DNA from: an uncultured Alphaproteobacteria bacterium
GTDB lineage: Bacteria > Pseudomonadota > Alphaproteobacteria > UBA11222
NCBI GenBank assembly: GCA_947258435.1
Contig: CAMYID010000022.1
Location: 170,961-234,960, forward strand
Direction of reading: 5' to 3'
Length of the DNA: 64,000 bases
Shown: positions 63,681 through 64,000 of the stretch, piece by piece
Layout: each line of letters begins with the position of its first letter
Numbering within the stretch: the first letter of the stretch is position 1
Position numbers and translations under genes: made by a program
Notes under the pieces: model-generated
Told to the model about the DNA's origin: nothing
What the model saw: only the letters and a program-made list of their open reading frames with translations
Databases searched by the model: none

Positions 63681-64000
63681 TCACGGGCAGAGTTTATAGC
63701 CACCCTGATCGGTAACAAGCAGCTGCGACTCAGAGGGATTATCCTCGATCTTCTGGCGCAGCCGGTAGATATGGGTCTCGAGCGTGTGGGTGGTGACCGC
63801 CGCATTATAGCCCCACACCTCATGCAGCAGAACGTCACGACCGACTATCTCTTCCCCCGCGCGATAAAGAAACTTCAGAATGGCGGTCTCTTTCTCGGTC
63901 AGCCTGACTTTGCTGCCATCCGCTTCATCGAGCATCAGCTTTGCTGCCGGCTTGAAGATGTAGCGGCCGATGCTGAACACCGCATCCTCGCTTTGTTCAT
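63681..64000 (-). CDS. OmpR/PhoB-family response regulator (C-terminal winged-helix part; N-terminus beyond window)
   Basis: Trans_reg_C motifs (VRLTEKETAILKFL...GRDVLLHEVWGYNAAVTTHTLETHIYRLRQKIE...LVTDQGGYKL). The frame stays open to the window edge, so the receiver domain is missing. Confidence 0.65.
   Translation of the reverse strand, partial: EQSEDAVFSIGRYIFKPAAKLMLDEADGSKVRLTEKETAILKFLYRAGEEIVGRDVLLHEVWGYNAAVTTHTLETHIYRLRQKIEDNPSESQLLVTDQGGYKLCP

Overview
High-GC (~62%) chromosomal segment with alphaproteobacterial gene content and synteny, made up almost entirely of conserved housekeeping genes. Reading left to right: his genes (hisA partial, GNAT, hisH, DUF2628, hisB); hslVU; Smr, lutCBA and mltA; Tim44-like, fxsA and secB; dnaQ, coaE, aroE, maf and the DUF299 PPDK-regulator gene; an AT-rich gap; hemE, hemH, hemJ and rho. 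Then DUF4344, a DLH hydrolase and a YyaL-like protein; mnmE, mnmG, rsmG, parA and parB; holA, lptE and leuS; a lipoprotein and a porin. Next comes a small decayed mobile-element islet (sulfotransferase, IS5-family remnant, SDR, IS630-like remnant, VOC protein). The window ends with comM, a macro-domain gene, maeB, mutS, glnD, a GlxA regulator plus DJ-1, MscS, a BKACE gene, petABC (bc1 complex), trmL, hemF, an HTH-citrate-synthase-like gene and a partial OmpR-type response regulator. The most notable feature is the ~480-bp AT-rich DUF299|hemE intergenic region. It carries a perfect DnaA box and matches the conserved hemE-oriC-RP001 arrangement of alphaproteobacterial replication origins. Two perfect 16-bp parS palindromes flank mnmG-rsmG immediately upstream of parAB. 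No rRNA, tRNA, CRISPR or intact mobile element was found, and nothing here qualifies as a novel multi-gene system. The long antisense ORFs in the track are GC-driven shadows of the real genes. The leads worth checking are the lutA/lutB junction repeat, the His-to-Gln citrate-synthase-like HTH protein, the IS-flanked islet and the GAATGCG repeats upstream of petABC.
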